Position numbers and translations under genes: made by a program
Assembly: GCA_963755125.1 (NCBI GenBank)
Contig: CAVWIP010000006.1
Location: 64,001-128,000, forward strand
Length of the DNA stretch: 64,000 nucleotides
From: an uncultured delta proteobacterium
GTDB taxonomy: Bacteria > Myxococcota_A > Polyangia > Fen-1088
Direction: 5' to 3'
Shown here: positions 20,340 to 36,576 of the stretch, one piece after another
Layout of the letters: each line of letters begins with the position of its first letter
How positions within the stretch are numbered: position 1 is the first letter of the stretch
Notes under the pieces: generated by a model
What the model saw: only the letters and a program-made list of their open reading frames with translations
The model's database searches: none
What the model was told of the DNA's origin: nothing

Positions 20340-20504
20340 ATGGACGCCGCGCCGACAACGACCACCGCTCCCCGTCGCGTCGGGCACGCTGCCCGTTTCG
20401 CCATCGCGGCGGTCGTGGTGGCGCTCATCGCGGTGTGGCTTCCCAACGACGCGCTCTCGGGATCGTTCTCCAGCGTGGTGGCCTACACCGTGACGCGCCC
20501 ATAG
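20340..20504 (+). CDS. Putative small membrane protein (54 aa)
   Basis: MDAAPTT...FAIAAVVVALIAVWLP single hydrophobic helix; just downstream of a sigma54 motif; stop abuts the next ORF. Confidence 0.4.
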   Translation: MDAAPTTTTAPRRVGHAARFAIAAVVVALIAVWLPNDALSGSFSSVVAYTVTRP

Positions 20505-20522
20505 ATGACGAAGAGGTTGCCC

Positions 20523-20996
20523 ATGAATCGAACCATGAAGATGCCCGCCGCCGTCCCCACCGTCCTCATCGTGGACGACGCGCGCCTGAACGTCGAGATC
20601 CTGAACCAGATCCTTTCGGGCGAATACCGGACAGTCCGAGCCTACGACGGTCGACAGGCGCTGGACTTGGCAGTGGCGTGCCGACCTGATCTCATCCTGC
20701 TCGACGTAGTCATGCCGGGACTGGACGGCTATCAGGTCTGCACCATTCTCAAGTCCGACTCGCGGACGCACGGCATCCCCGTCATCTTCGTCACCGGTAT
20801 GGACGATGACGACGCCGACCAGAAGGCATTCGCCGCGGGTGCTGCGGGTTACCTGACCAAGCCCTTCCATCCCGCCATGGTGCTGAGCCAGGTGCACATC
20901 CAGCTAGACCTGCAGCGCGCGAAGAACCTGCTGGCGACCCACCCCGACGAGCACGCGGCGCCCGAGTCACTTGCCGGCCGTTTGCGCTGCGCGTAG
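20523..20996 (+). CDS. Single-domain response regulator
   Basis: VLIVDD, LLDVVMP, YLTKPF; alternative start 20505. Confidence 0.9.
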   Translation: MNRTMKMPAAVPTVLIVDDARLNVEILNQILSGEYRTVRAYDGRQALDLAVACRPDLILLDVVMPGLDGYQVCTILKSDSRTHGIPVIFVTGMDDDDADQKAFAAGAAGYLTKPFHPAMVLSQVHIQLDLQRAKNLLATHPDEHAAPESLAGRLRCA

Positions 20997-21070
20997 CGCC
21001 ACAACCCGCGACAGCCGCAGGCGGCCGTGGTCGTAGACGTGGCCGTGGTCGTGGACGTGGTCGATGGTCG
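20996..21070. repeat. Interspersed repeat: CCCGCGAYAGCCGCAG head plus (GTGGTC)n hexamer tract
   Basis: Closely matches the reverse complement of 43148-43208; related copies at 41704-41780 and 52629-52665. Confidence 0.7.
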
Positions 21071-21184
21071 ATCATCCCGACTGGCGGCGCGCCCCGTCGG
21101 TCCTCCGATGCCTGGTATTCGCGCATCGGTGTCGGCCAGCCGACGTCGTCGGGCACACCGCCACTGGTTCCGCGTGCTTGGGCA

Positions 21185-21200
21185 TGGTCCCGTGGTTGCA
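21185..21200 (+). promoter_or_regulatory. Putative sigma54 -24/-12 promoter
   Basis: TGGTCCC-GTGG-TTGCA, 12 nt before ATG 21213. Confidence 0.55.
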
Positions 21201-21212
21201 CTGACTGGGGGC

Positions 21213-23543
<2,331 letters not shown>

Positions 23544-23571
23544 CGTGCGCGCACAGGGGGAGGAAGAAGCG

Positions 23572-26829
<3,258 letters not shown>

Positions 26830-26928
26830 AGGTGCCCTTCCGCAAGACCGGTGTACAGGCACCGCAGGTGGTCCATACTCAATCGAGCGACATCCAGCCC
26901 GTAGGCGGCCTGTGGTCGCCCTGAAGAG

Positions 26929-28352
<1,424 letters not shown>

Positions 28353-28356
<4 letters not shown>

Positions 28357-30740
28357 GACACCTCGGTTCTGCTTGCGCGCGCGGAACGATCCTCAGTTTG
28401 CACCACGTCGGTCTTGGGAACCGTGACGGTGAACAGGGTGCGCTCGTCCTGGCGAGACGCCTCGATGCTCCAGCCGTGCGCGCGCACCAGCCTGTGCGTG
28501 ATGGCGAGGCCGAGACCAGTGCCCCGCTCCTTGGTGGTGTACCAGGGAGCGAAGAGCGTGGCCGGATCGCCCACGAAGCCCGGCCCGTCGTCCCATACCT
28601 CGATGCGCGCGTCCTGCCCGTGGTGGCGCCACGACACGCCCGCGTGGCCGGCGTCGCCGGTGGCCTGCAGGGCATTGGCCAGCAGGTTGACCAAGATCTG
28701 CGTCGCCTGATCCGGGTCACAGCGGATGGCCAGTCCCTCCTCGCCGGCAAAGGCCAGTGGCCGGCCGGCAGCCGCATCCCGCAACAGCATCTCGGCGTGC
28801 TGGCACAGGTCGCGGACAGCCACGCTCCGGCGCTGGATCCGATGGGCAGCCATGCGGCGCAGCCCGCCCACCAAACGTTCCAAACGTTCCACTTCCTCGC
28901 GGCCGATGTCGACGTCTTCCGGCGCCAGGGGTTTGTCGCCAGCGCGGCCGAACAGGCTGCGGAAGAAGTTGAGCGGATAGCGAATCTCGTGCGAGATCTC
29001 GGCGGCTACGGTCTCCACCAGCGTCTCGCGCTCGCCTCGCCAGGCCGCCGCCTGCTGCTTGCGTCTCTGTTCCAACTCCTGGTAGGCGCGGGCATGGGCC
29101 AGCGCCAGGGCGCCCTGGTTGACCACGGTGCCGAGCAGATCCAGATCGTCGCTGGTAAACAGAGCATCGCCCGGCTTGGAACCCACCTCGAGCACGCCCA
29201 GACATTCCGTGCCGAACACCACCGGCAGCGCCAGAGCGGGACGTTCGCCTGCCGTGGTCGTCTGGGCCGAGATCTCCTCGGTGTGGGGCACCGTCACCAG
29301 GGCGGGAACTGCCGCCGCGCCGGACGTATCGGCGCCGCCGCCGGGCACCAGCCGGATGTGATCACAGGGCAGCCAGCGCCGCACGGTGCGCTCGATGGCC
29401 CGACCGACCTCGTCCGGCGAGGTGATGCTGATCAGATCCATGCTGAGCTGTTCGATGGTGGGCTTGTAGCCCGCGCGCGAGGGAAACACGTACACCTCGG
29501 CGGCGTGCAGGGCCAGCACCACCAGGACCGCCGCCACCACTCCGCTGGCCGTGGCAGCGATGGCTGCCGAGCGAAACGGCACGCCCATCTCGGTGGCCAG
29601 GGCCGTTCCCGCGGCGATGGCCAGTGTGCACGCGAACGCACCGGTGACTAGGCGGGTCAGGATGCGCGACAGGAGGGCGCGACTCCCCCACAGATCGTAG
29701 CGAACGAAGGCGAAGGCAACTGCCATCGGGCCGAGGGCAAGAGCAGGGTATGCGAGCAGATCGACGTGCGAGAACTGGCCCACCAGCGGCTCTGCGCCCA
29801 TGACCAGGCCAAGTGCGACGAAGGGCGGGACGATTGCCACCGTGAGCGCGCGCAGGATGTCGCGCCGATGCCCCTTTGCCAAGAAGGTGCGCACTAGGAA
29901 GGTGGCGACGAAGAAGAGGAAGCTGGCACCGAGCACGCCCGACCAGAATTCGTGCAGACGCGGCATCGGGCGGCCGAGCATGAAGGGCACGACGAAATAC
30001 GCCGCCACTGCGATTCCCGCGACGGTGGTCGCCCGCTCCAGCCAGGGAAAGCGGCGGAGCAAGGGAGCGTCGTCGGGCAGTCGCAGCGCGAGCATGCAGA
30101 GCGCGCCCGGGAGCAGCGCAAAGCTGACGAGGAAGAGTGGAACCAGACGGTAGGAGGTGTGGTAGTCGAAGACCGTGAACATGAACAGCGCCGCCGCGGA
30201 CGCCACCAGGGCCCAACTTCGGGCCAGGCGCGCGCGCGGGCTGACCCACAGGGCGACCAGAGCAGCCACGACGAATAGCGCTCCCGCGAAGAAGAGCGAC
30301 CCGGCCACCAGCCACCAGGTCGCGCCATCTAGTCTCTCGATGGCCAGGCGAATTCGTCGTTCGTCAGCGCTTCGCCGGAGATCCACCGTGACCTGCGAGG
30401 CGCCCGTGCTTGCCGCCTGGCGGACCAACTGGGAAAGGCGCCGCCCGCGTTCCGATGGCGCAAGGCCCTCGATGCGAACCCCTTCGATCGCCACCATCTG
30501 GTCCGGGTAGCGCAGCCCCTGGCGCGGCCCGTCCCAGTTCGAATTCGTCACGTTCGACACCACCGCATCCGGGCCAACCAGTGCGCCCGCTATCGGCTGC
30601 CCGTACCAGTCGATGGCTCCCGACCCTGCCACCGCAACCACGGCGAGGGCCAGCACGCCGACGACGTAGACTGGCCAGCCGCCCCGCGCGGGCCCGTCAG
30701 GTTTGGTCCGATCTCTCGGGGACGAGCCATCACCGGGCAT
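28353..30740 (-). CDS. Polytopic membrane sensor histidine kinase (PDZ-like loop, multiple TM, GAF, HisKA, HATPase)
   Basis: TM1, PDZ-like GLRYPDQMVAIEGVRI, roughly 8 further hydrophobic helices, GAF-like LALPV...GVLEVG...FTSDDLDLL, HEIRYPL, NLLANA, DDGPG, GTGLGL. Confidence 0.9.
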
Positions 30741-30749
30741 TGAAACAGA

Positions 30750-32606
30750 TTATGCCCCAAGACGCTCGACAACGTGCGTTGACGGATGCCGTTCCGGAGT
30801 AACCGGACAAGAGCCGACCTCGGGCCACAGCGCCGCCGCCAGGGCGCACATCTGCGTTTCGATCTCAGCGGCCCTTGCAGGATCCAATGCCGCCGCATCC
30901 GCGCGATCCGCGATGGCAAGCAGTTCACGCTGCACGGCCGCCCCAGGCGCGGGCGCCTGCCGGCTGCGCGGAAGATTGCGCGCCAGCATGAGCGTGAGAC
31001 GCAACAGGGAGCCGACTGCCTGGGCGCGCAGCCGTTCCGGGCGCACCGCCAGCAATCGCAGCAGGCGCGCCAGCGTGCAGACCGCGTGGCGCTGGCCCGC
31101 ATCGGCCAGCAACACGCGCGCGGCCCAGCGGCCCAGCTCGATCGAGTACAGCGACGCGAGCTGCTGGTTTCGTGTTTCCATCCAGCGAAGCGCTGCCTGG
31201 TCCTCGCCGATGCTCACCAGCGCGAACGCGATCGGGTCCGACACCAGCAGGCAGGACTTGCTCGCGTCCAGCAAGCCGTAGCCGTGTTTGGCGTTGTGGC
31301 CGTCGCGGTCGTGTCCCACGGGCAGGATGTCGAAGCGGTCGGCCAGGGCGTCACGGGCGGCCGACAGCTCGGGATCGACCTCACGCACAGTGCGGGTGAG
31401 AGCGTCATCGAGTTCGGGCAGGGTCAGATCCGGGTTCCTGCCCAGCACCAGCAGCACAACCCCGGCGGCCATGGCCGAGGCGCCGCTGGACTCGGAGTGC
31501 ACAATGATCTCCGACGAGCTGAAGGGCAGCGCCACGTCGTCACCCGGGGCCATCCAGCGCAGCGCCGGCCCCCGGTTGGCGAAGGGGTGCAGCCGCCCAC
31601 GCTGATCGCGCCACAGGAACCACCCGCCGTCACGTCCGCTGGGCGCCACGCAGAACACGCGCGGATCGCTTGCCGGCTCGCCCGCGCCCAGTGACAGGCT
31701 GGCATGGACCGACCCGTCGGGACTCGAGGTCTCGCGACTGCACGGCAACACCACGGCGGTGCCTTTTCCGTTGCGCCCGAGGCGGCAGGCCATCTCCAAA
31801 GCGTCGTCGAGCATGGGACTCCACTGTCCGTCCACGTTGGTGGCGCAGACGACCACGTCGGCGCCGTCCGCCACCGCTCGCACGATGGCCAGCGGGAAAC
31901 TGAGCACGTCGTTGCCCGGTTTGGGGATGGAGTACAGACGCGGGGACGCGTCGGGGGCAACCCCGATGAAGCCCTTGCCGCCATCCGGCCCGTCCACGCG
32001 GACCGCGCGCACAGCCCAGGCCACCAGCTGGGCGGCATGAGAGGAGCCGGCCGTCACCTGCTCCACGCCCACCGGAATGTGGTTGTCGAGATCCAGTCGG
32101 CCGATCTCGCCGGCGTCGTTGTCGATCACCGCCAGGCGCGTGCCAGCGCCGGTACCACACGCTGGCCGGTGCACTTCCACTCCGCTCTCGTCGACGAACC
32201 AGCGGCCCGGGCTGGTGACCTCATCGAGGACCGACGGCCCCCGCGCGCGCCAGCGGGTCGCGCGCATGGGCAGGCAGCCGCGCAGATCCAGGGTCGGGGC
32301 CAGACGCTGGCTGCCCACCTGGGCCGAGGCCAGGTAGCGCACGGCCATGCCGTCCGTCCGCAACCGGCGCTCACACTCCGCGCGCTCGAGGCCCGAGCCG
32401 GCGCGCACCCGCGTCCAGTGCAGAGGGTGCCAGTCCAGCACCGGCTCGACCCGCAGGTCAGACGCAAGCTGGCCGAGCAGATCGGTGAGCCGGGCGGGGT
32501 CGACGGGCCCCTCGCTGGCGAGGATCAGATCGTCGAGCCACGTGTCATCGTCCGGCGTGCCGGCGCTGACCGGCCGGTAATCGAAGTCCCAAGGCGGGCG
32601 ATTCAT
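30750..32606 (-). CDS. Divergent S8 (subtilisin-family) serine peptidase
   Basis: GAGTRLAVIDND (Asp), SSHAAQL (His), GVAPDA, MAPG, ESSGASAMAAG (Ser), HGYGLLDA; no signal peptide. Confidence 0.8.
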   Translation of the reverse strand: MNRPPWDFDYRPVSAGTPDDDTWLDDLILASEGPVDPARLTDLLGQLASDLRVEPVLDWHPLHWTRVRAGSGLERAECERRLRTDGMAVRYLASAQVGSQRLAPTLDLRGCLPMRATRWRARGPSVLDEVTSPGRWFVDESGVEVHRPACGTGAGTRLAVIDNDAGEIGRLDLDNHIPVGVEQVTAGSSHAAQLVAWAVRAVRVDGPDGGKGFIGVAPDASPRLYSIPKPGNDVLSFPLAIVRAVADGADVVVCATNVDGQWSPMLDDALEMACRLGRNGKGTAVVLPCSRETSSPDGSVHASLSLGAGEPASDPRVFCVAPSGRDGGWFLWRDQRGRLHPFANRGPALRWMAPGDDVALPFSSSEIIVHSESSGASAMAAGVVLLVLGRNPDLTLPELDDALTRTVREVDPELSAARDALADRFDILPVGHDRDGHNAKHGYGLLDASKSCLLVSDPIAFALVSIGEDQAALRWMETRNQQLASLYSIELGRWAARVLLADAGQRHAVCTLARLLRLLAVRPERLRAQAVGSLLRLTLMLARNLPRSRQAPAPGAAVQRELLAIADRADAAALDPARAAEIETQMCALAAALWPEVGSCPVTPERHPSTHVVERLGA

Positions 32607-33565
32607 GAGAGCACCTCCGTGGCCCAGTTTGAAAGCTTGTGCGCGCGCACCACGTAGCCGGCGCTGCCGCTCTCGCGTTCCGCGAGAGCGGCCTCGATGA
32701 GTTCTTGTTCACGTGCCCAGTGGGACAGCCGCTCGGCTCCCAGCAGGCCCGCGAGCCGGGCCGCCAGACGGTAGCGCCATCTGGACATGGTCATCATGTT
32801 GACCAGCACCCCGGATCGGTGCACCAGGCGGCGAACCAGTTCAATGTTGGGCTTCCCGTCGCGGGAAGCACTCTCTCGGACACCCAGGCCGCGGCTCAGG
32901 CTGACCGCCCAGGCGCCGCCCTTGTTCCAGTCGTCTTCCCAGTCCAGCACGTCGTCGTGGAACTGCAGGCCAAGAACGATCCCGCGCAGCACGCGCTCGA
33001 TGGCGCGCTTGTGCCGGAGGGTTCCTCCCGCAGCCCGGCTCAGGGCCAGCGACGCGGGGAATGCCACCGCCTGCTTGGCCAGCGAGAGGTTGGCGTAGTC
33101 GGAGAACGAAAGGGCAATGCCGCGGTTGAGCAGAATGCGCTCGGTGTTTATGGCACAGAGCGCGCCGTATTCGGCGTCCTGGTAGGGCGATACCTCGCTG
33201 CCCGTCAGCTCGCAGATGGCCCGGTCACGTTCGAGGCGCACGTGGTCGAGCACGCGCAGCATCAGCGAATTGCTCTCGGCCTGGTGATCCAGCAGCCGGT
33301 CGGTGGCAAAGGCGGCGATCACGGCCAGCATGTGCGCGGTCGTCGCCGCCATAACCATCGGCTCGGTCGCCTGGGGCAAGGCGGAGGCGAACAGGGCCGG
33401 GGCAGCCAGCGTGACCTCGTTCCTGAAGATCTTGCTCCAGGGAACGTCCGGCAACGGGACCAGACCCAGGGCAAGAGCAAGCGTCCTCGCCTCGCCCTGC
33501 AGGTCGAGCGGCAGTTCGTCGCAGAAAGCAGTCCAGATGGCGTCGAGATTGCTTGAAACATCCAT
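32603..33565 (-). CDS. Class I isoprenoid-synthase-fold enzyme, ComQ-like putative peptide prenyltransferase
   Basis: All-helical 320 aa; first motif ATDRLLD; AKQ motif; second Asp-rich motif GLQFHDDVLDWEDD; 4-nt overlap with the protease gene. Confidence 0.7.
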   Translation of the reverse strand: MDVSSNLDAIWTAFCDELPLDLQGEARTLALALGLVPLPDVPWSKIFRNEVTLAAPALFASALPQATEPMVMAATTAHMLAVIAAFATDRLLDHQAESNSLMLRVLDHVRLERDRAICELTGSEVSPYQDAEYGALCAINTERILLNRGIALSFSDYANLSLAKQAVAFPASLALSRAAGGTLRHKRAIERVLRGIVLGLQFHDDVLDWEDDWNKGGAWAVSLSRGLGVRESASRDGKPNIELVRRLVHRSGVLVNMMTMSRWRYRLAARLAGLLGAERLSHWAREQELIEAALAERESGSAGYVVRAHKLSNWATEVLS

Positions 33566-33581
33566 GGCGATACTTCTGTCA

Positions 33582-33616
33582 CTCTGGGACCTCGCCGGGT
33601 GGCTGCGGTCCCAGGG
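33582..33616 (-). terminator. Intercistronic stem-loop downstream of the peptide gene
   Basis: CTGGGACC (33584-33591) pairs with GGTCCCAG (33607-33614) plus an inner GCC/GGC stem; no U-tract. Confidence 0.5.
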
Positions 33617-33628
33617 CGACGGTTCGGG

Positions 33629-33940
33629 CTAGTAGTAGTTCGATTCTTTCCACGGGGAGAGCGCCACGTTGATGCGCTCGTCGATCAGGATGCCCCTCCA
33701 CATCTGGGTCTGTGACGAAGAGAGGCCTGCGAACGACGTTCCCGTCCATTCACGGATCCGCTGGTTCAGTTTCTGGCGAACTTCGGCGGCAGCGGCCGGC
33801 TCGCTCTCGTCCTCGCCCGAGGCGGCGGGGTACATCGACAGGAGCTGCTTGAATTCGTCGAAGTGTTCCTGCCGGGTGAGCAGGGACATGTACAAAGTTC
33901 TGAGCTGGGCGTGAGGGTCTGCGTGCTGTGCGGTTTGCAT
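33629..33940 (-). CDS. Putative signalling-peptide or RiPP precursor (ComX-like), 103 aa
   Basis: Strong AAGGAGA RBS; first gene after a sigma54 promoter; helical leader and C-terminal ...INVALSPWKESNYY. Confidence 0.65.
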   Translation of the reverse strand: MQTAQHADPHAQLRTLYMSLLTRQEHFDEFKQLLSMYPAASGEDESEPAAAAEVRQKLNQRIREWTGTSFAGLSSSQTQMWRGILIDERINVALSPWKESNYY

Positions 33941-34008
33941 GGGTCTCCTTTGCGCGAGTTACCCCAGTCGACACCGATGCAGCGAGCCGCCGGGGCGGCC
34001 GAGGAAAT

Positions 34009-34024
34009 TGCAATGACCGCGCCA
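34009..34024 (-). promoter_or_regulatory. Sigma54 -24/-12 promoter of the peptide operon
   Basis: Minus strand reads TGGCGCG-GTCA-TTGCA, one mismatch from TGGCACG-N4-TTGCW. Confidence 0.8.
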
Positions 34025-34087
34025 TCCCGGGATTCCAGCGAGAGTTCGCGTTTGTGCGGATTGGCCGCGCTAGCCGGTTTGAATAGT

Positions 34088-34124
34088 TGGTCGGATCCGC
34101 CCACTGGTTGCCCGGATCCGGCCA
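34088..34124. promoter_or_regulatory. Tandem palindromic upstream activator sites (putative)
   Basis: TGGTCGGATCCGCCCA (34088-34103) and TGCCCGGATCCGGCCA (34109-34124), shared core CGGATCCG, 21-bp period. Confidence 0.65.
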
Positions 34125-34242
34125 GCCGCCCTGGCCTTTCCCCGCGTGGCGCTGGCTTTGGCGCTGTGCACGGGGCTTGCAGACAGGGATACACGACTCG
34201 CTTCATGAAGACGCGTCAATCATCCGCCCAGCGAAAGCCATT

Positions 34243-34296
34243 GTGGGGCGACCTGCGGTCGCCCCTACAGATGCGGGCGCGGGCGGTCGTCCCTAC
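34243..34296. repeat. GTAG-type REP elements
   Basis: Minus strand GTAGGGGCGACCGCAGGTCGCCCCAC (34243-34268) plus a degenerate second copy ending CCCTAC at 34296. Confidence 0.75.
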
Positions 34297-34407
34297 CATC
34301 TTGCGTCTTGCGGTGATGGCGCACACACTTATACGTTCACTTGGGCGCAGGCCGGCATGGTTGTCGGCTGTGGATTGGGAGGGTGCATTCCGGGACAGGA
34401 GAGGCGC

Positions 34408-36567
34408 GTGAAGCAGGGTCGTTCGGCCGACGGAAACGGTGGCACTACGCGGTGGAGCTTGCTCTGGTCGCTGGGACTCTCCGGTCTGTGCGCGGCCTCG
34501 CTGGCTGGCGCGTGCCTGTATTTCTTCCTCGCCTACGTGCCTGGGCGGCGGGCGGCGGCCATCAAGCGGTGTCAGGAAGAACTGGGACTGCGCGCCGATT
34601 CGCACAGGGCGACTCTCGACCAGTGGATTGCCAGTGGCATGGCCGACGCCGAGGCCATGGCCAGCTATTCGGCCCCACTTGCCTCGCTTGCCGGCAGTGC
34701 TGGTGGGACGGCGCCCGGCTCGATCATCGCGGCGCCATCGAGCGAACTGGTCGAGCGGCTCATCCGGATCGGCACCTACGACCGCTTCGCGCTGCTCGAT
34801 GTCAGCTTGCGCATCACCGTCGAGGTCGGGAAGAAGGAACCGCTGGAGCCGTCTGTCCTGCGCGCCGCTGCCCAGGTGCTGGAGCGGGGAAAACCCGCGG
34901 TCGATTTCCACCGGCATGCCGACGGAACCGTGGCTGTCGCCTTCCTGGCCCGCGTGGGGACAGCCAGCGCGTCCCGGGCCGGCGAGCTAGCCGGCACGGC
35001 ACCGGCCTTGGTCCTGCTGGAAATCGATCCGAACCGTTGGCTCTATCCCTTCCTCGCCATGCGTCCCATCGCCGCGGCCTCTGCCGAGACCGTGCTTGTG
35101 CAAACCGCCGGCGACGACATCGTCTTCCTGAGCCCCTTGCTCCACAACCCCGCGCCCCCGCTGACCTTCCGGCGGCCGGCGAACGCCGCGCGCTTCGCAG
35201 CAGCGGCGGCCATCGAGGGACGTGGGGAATTCGACGCCTTCGTGGACTACCGGGGCGAGCCGGTGTTTGCCGCAGTGGCCCGGCTCGGTCGCGCGCCCTG
35301 GGGGATCGTGGTCAAGGTCGACCGGCGGGAAGTGCTGGCCGCCTTTCGGCAAGAGGCCCGCCACACGGGCGCAACAGCAGCCGTGGCAATCCTGAGCTTC
35401 TGGGCAGTGGCTTTCTTGCTGGTTCGTGCCTGGCGTCGGCGGGCCGAGGCAGCGCTGCGCGAGCGTGACCTCCGCTATCGTCTGCTGTTCGAGAACATGC
35501 AGGAGGGCTTCGCGTATTGTCGGATGCTCTACCGGGACGGCCGGCCAGACGACTTTGTCTACCTGGCGGTGAACCCGGCGTTCGAAAAGTTGACCGGGCT
35601 GAAGAACGTCGTCGGGAAAAAGGTGACCGAGGTCATACCCGGCATCCGGGAATCCAGCCCCGAATTGTTCGAGGCCTATGGACGCGTGGTCTCGACGGGC
35701 CGCCCGGAGAAGTTCGACATCTATCTGGGCGCTCTCGACATCTGGTTTTCGGTAGCCGTTCACAGTGTCGAGCAGGGTCACTTCGTCGCCGTGTTCGACA
35801 ACATCACCGAGCGAAAACGGGCCGAGGCGGAGCTGGCCGCCGCGCACAGCGAACTGGAGAAACGGGTGGCGGAACGCACCTCCGAGCTGTTGGTTTCCAA
35901 CCAGGAACTCGAGAGCTTCGCCTACGCGGTGTCGCACGACCTGCGCGCTCCTCTGCGCGGGATCGACGGATGGAGTCAGGCGGTGCTGGAAGATTGCGGC
36001 GCCCAGCTCGACGAACGGGGCCGCAGGTATCTCACAATGGTACGCGGCGAGACCCACCGGATGGACCAGCTCATCGACGATTTGCTGGAGCTGTCGCGCG
36101 TGACCCGCGCCCCGATGAGACGCGAGACGGTCGATCTGACCGCCATGGCGCAAGAACTGGAGGCCAGCCTGCGGGCCAACCAGCCCGAGCGCGTGGTGGA
36201 TTTCGTCGTGGCTCCGGGGATGGTGGCCCAGGGCGATGCGGTCCTGCTGCGCGCGGCGCTGCAGAACCTGTTGGGCAACGCCTGGAAGTTCACCGGAAAG
36301 CGGCCCTGGGCGCGCATCAAGGTGGGCTGCGTTTCTGAAGATGGGCGAACCGTGTATCATGTGCGCGACGATGGTGCGGGCTTCGACATGCGCTATGCGG
36401 GCAAGCTGTTCGCGCCCTTCCAGCGGCTGCACAGCCTGGATGAGTTTTCCGGGACCGGCATCGGTCTGGCCACGGTCCAGCGGATCATCCATCGCCATGG
36501 TGGCAAGGTTTGGGCCACGGCCGAGGTCGACCAGGGTGCGACTTTCTACTTCACCCTGACAGCGTGA
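34408..36567 (+). CDS. Membrane sensor histidine kinase (Cache-like periplasmic domain, PAS, HisKA, HATPase)
   Basis: GTG start after AGGAGAGG; two TM; DYRGEPV; PAS; SHDLRAPL, NLLGNAWKF, GTGIGL. Confidence 0.92.
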   Translation: MKQGRSADGNGGTTRWSLLWSLGLSGLCAASLAGACLYFFLAYVPGRRAAAIKRCQEELGLRADSHRATLDQWIASGMADAEAMASYSAPLASLAGSAGGTAPGSIIAAPSSELVERLIRIGTYDRFALLDVSLRITVEVGKKEPLEPSVLRAAAQVLERGKPAVDFHRHADGTVAVAFLARVGTASASRAGELAGTAPALVLLEIDPNRWLYPFLAMRPIAAASAETVLVQTAGDDIVFLSPLLHNPAPPLTFRRPANAARFAAAAAIEGRGEFDAFVDYRGEPVFAAVARLGRAPWGIVVKVDRREVLAAFRQEARHTGATAAVAILSFWAVAFLLVRAWRRRAEAALRERDLRYRLLFENMQEGFAYCRMLYRDGRPDDFVYLAVNPAFEKLTGLKNVVGKKVTEVIPGIRESSPELFEAYGRVVSTGRPEKFDIYLGALDIWFSVAVHSVEQGHFVAVFDNITERKRAEAELAAAHSELEKRVAERTSELLVSNQELESFAYAVSHDLRAPLRGIDGWSQAVLEDCGAQLDERGRRYLTMVRGETHRMDQLIDDLLELSRVTRAPMRRETVDLTAMAQELEASLRANQPERVVDFVVAPGMVAQGDAVLLRAALQNLLGNAWKFTGKRPWARIKVGCVSEDGRTVYHVRDDGAGFDMRYAGKLFAPFQRLHSLDEFSGTGIGLATVQRIIHRHGGKVWATAEVDQGATFYFTLTA

Positions 36568-36576
36568 GAGAGGGGA

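Noticed and set aside
30750..33940. Cyanobactin or lanthipeptide cluster
   Set aside because: No YcaO, LanB/C/M or ABBA-type PatF gene; the precursor has no Cys and no repeated core cassettes
34166..34181. GTGCACGGGGCTTGCA as a sigma54 promoter for the kinase at 34408
   Set aside because: Lacks the invariant GG at -24
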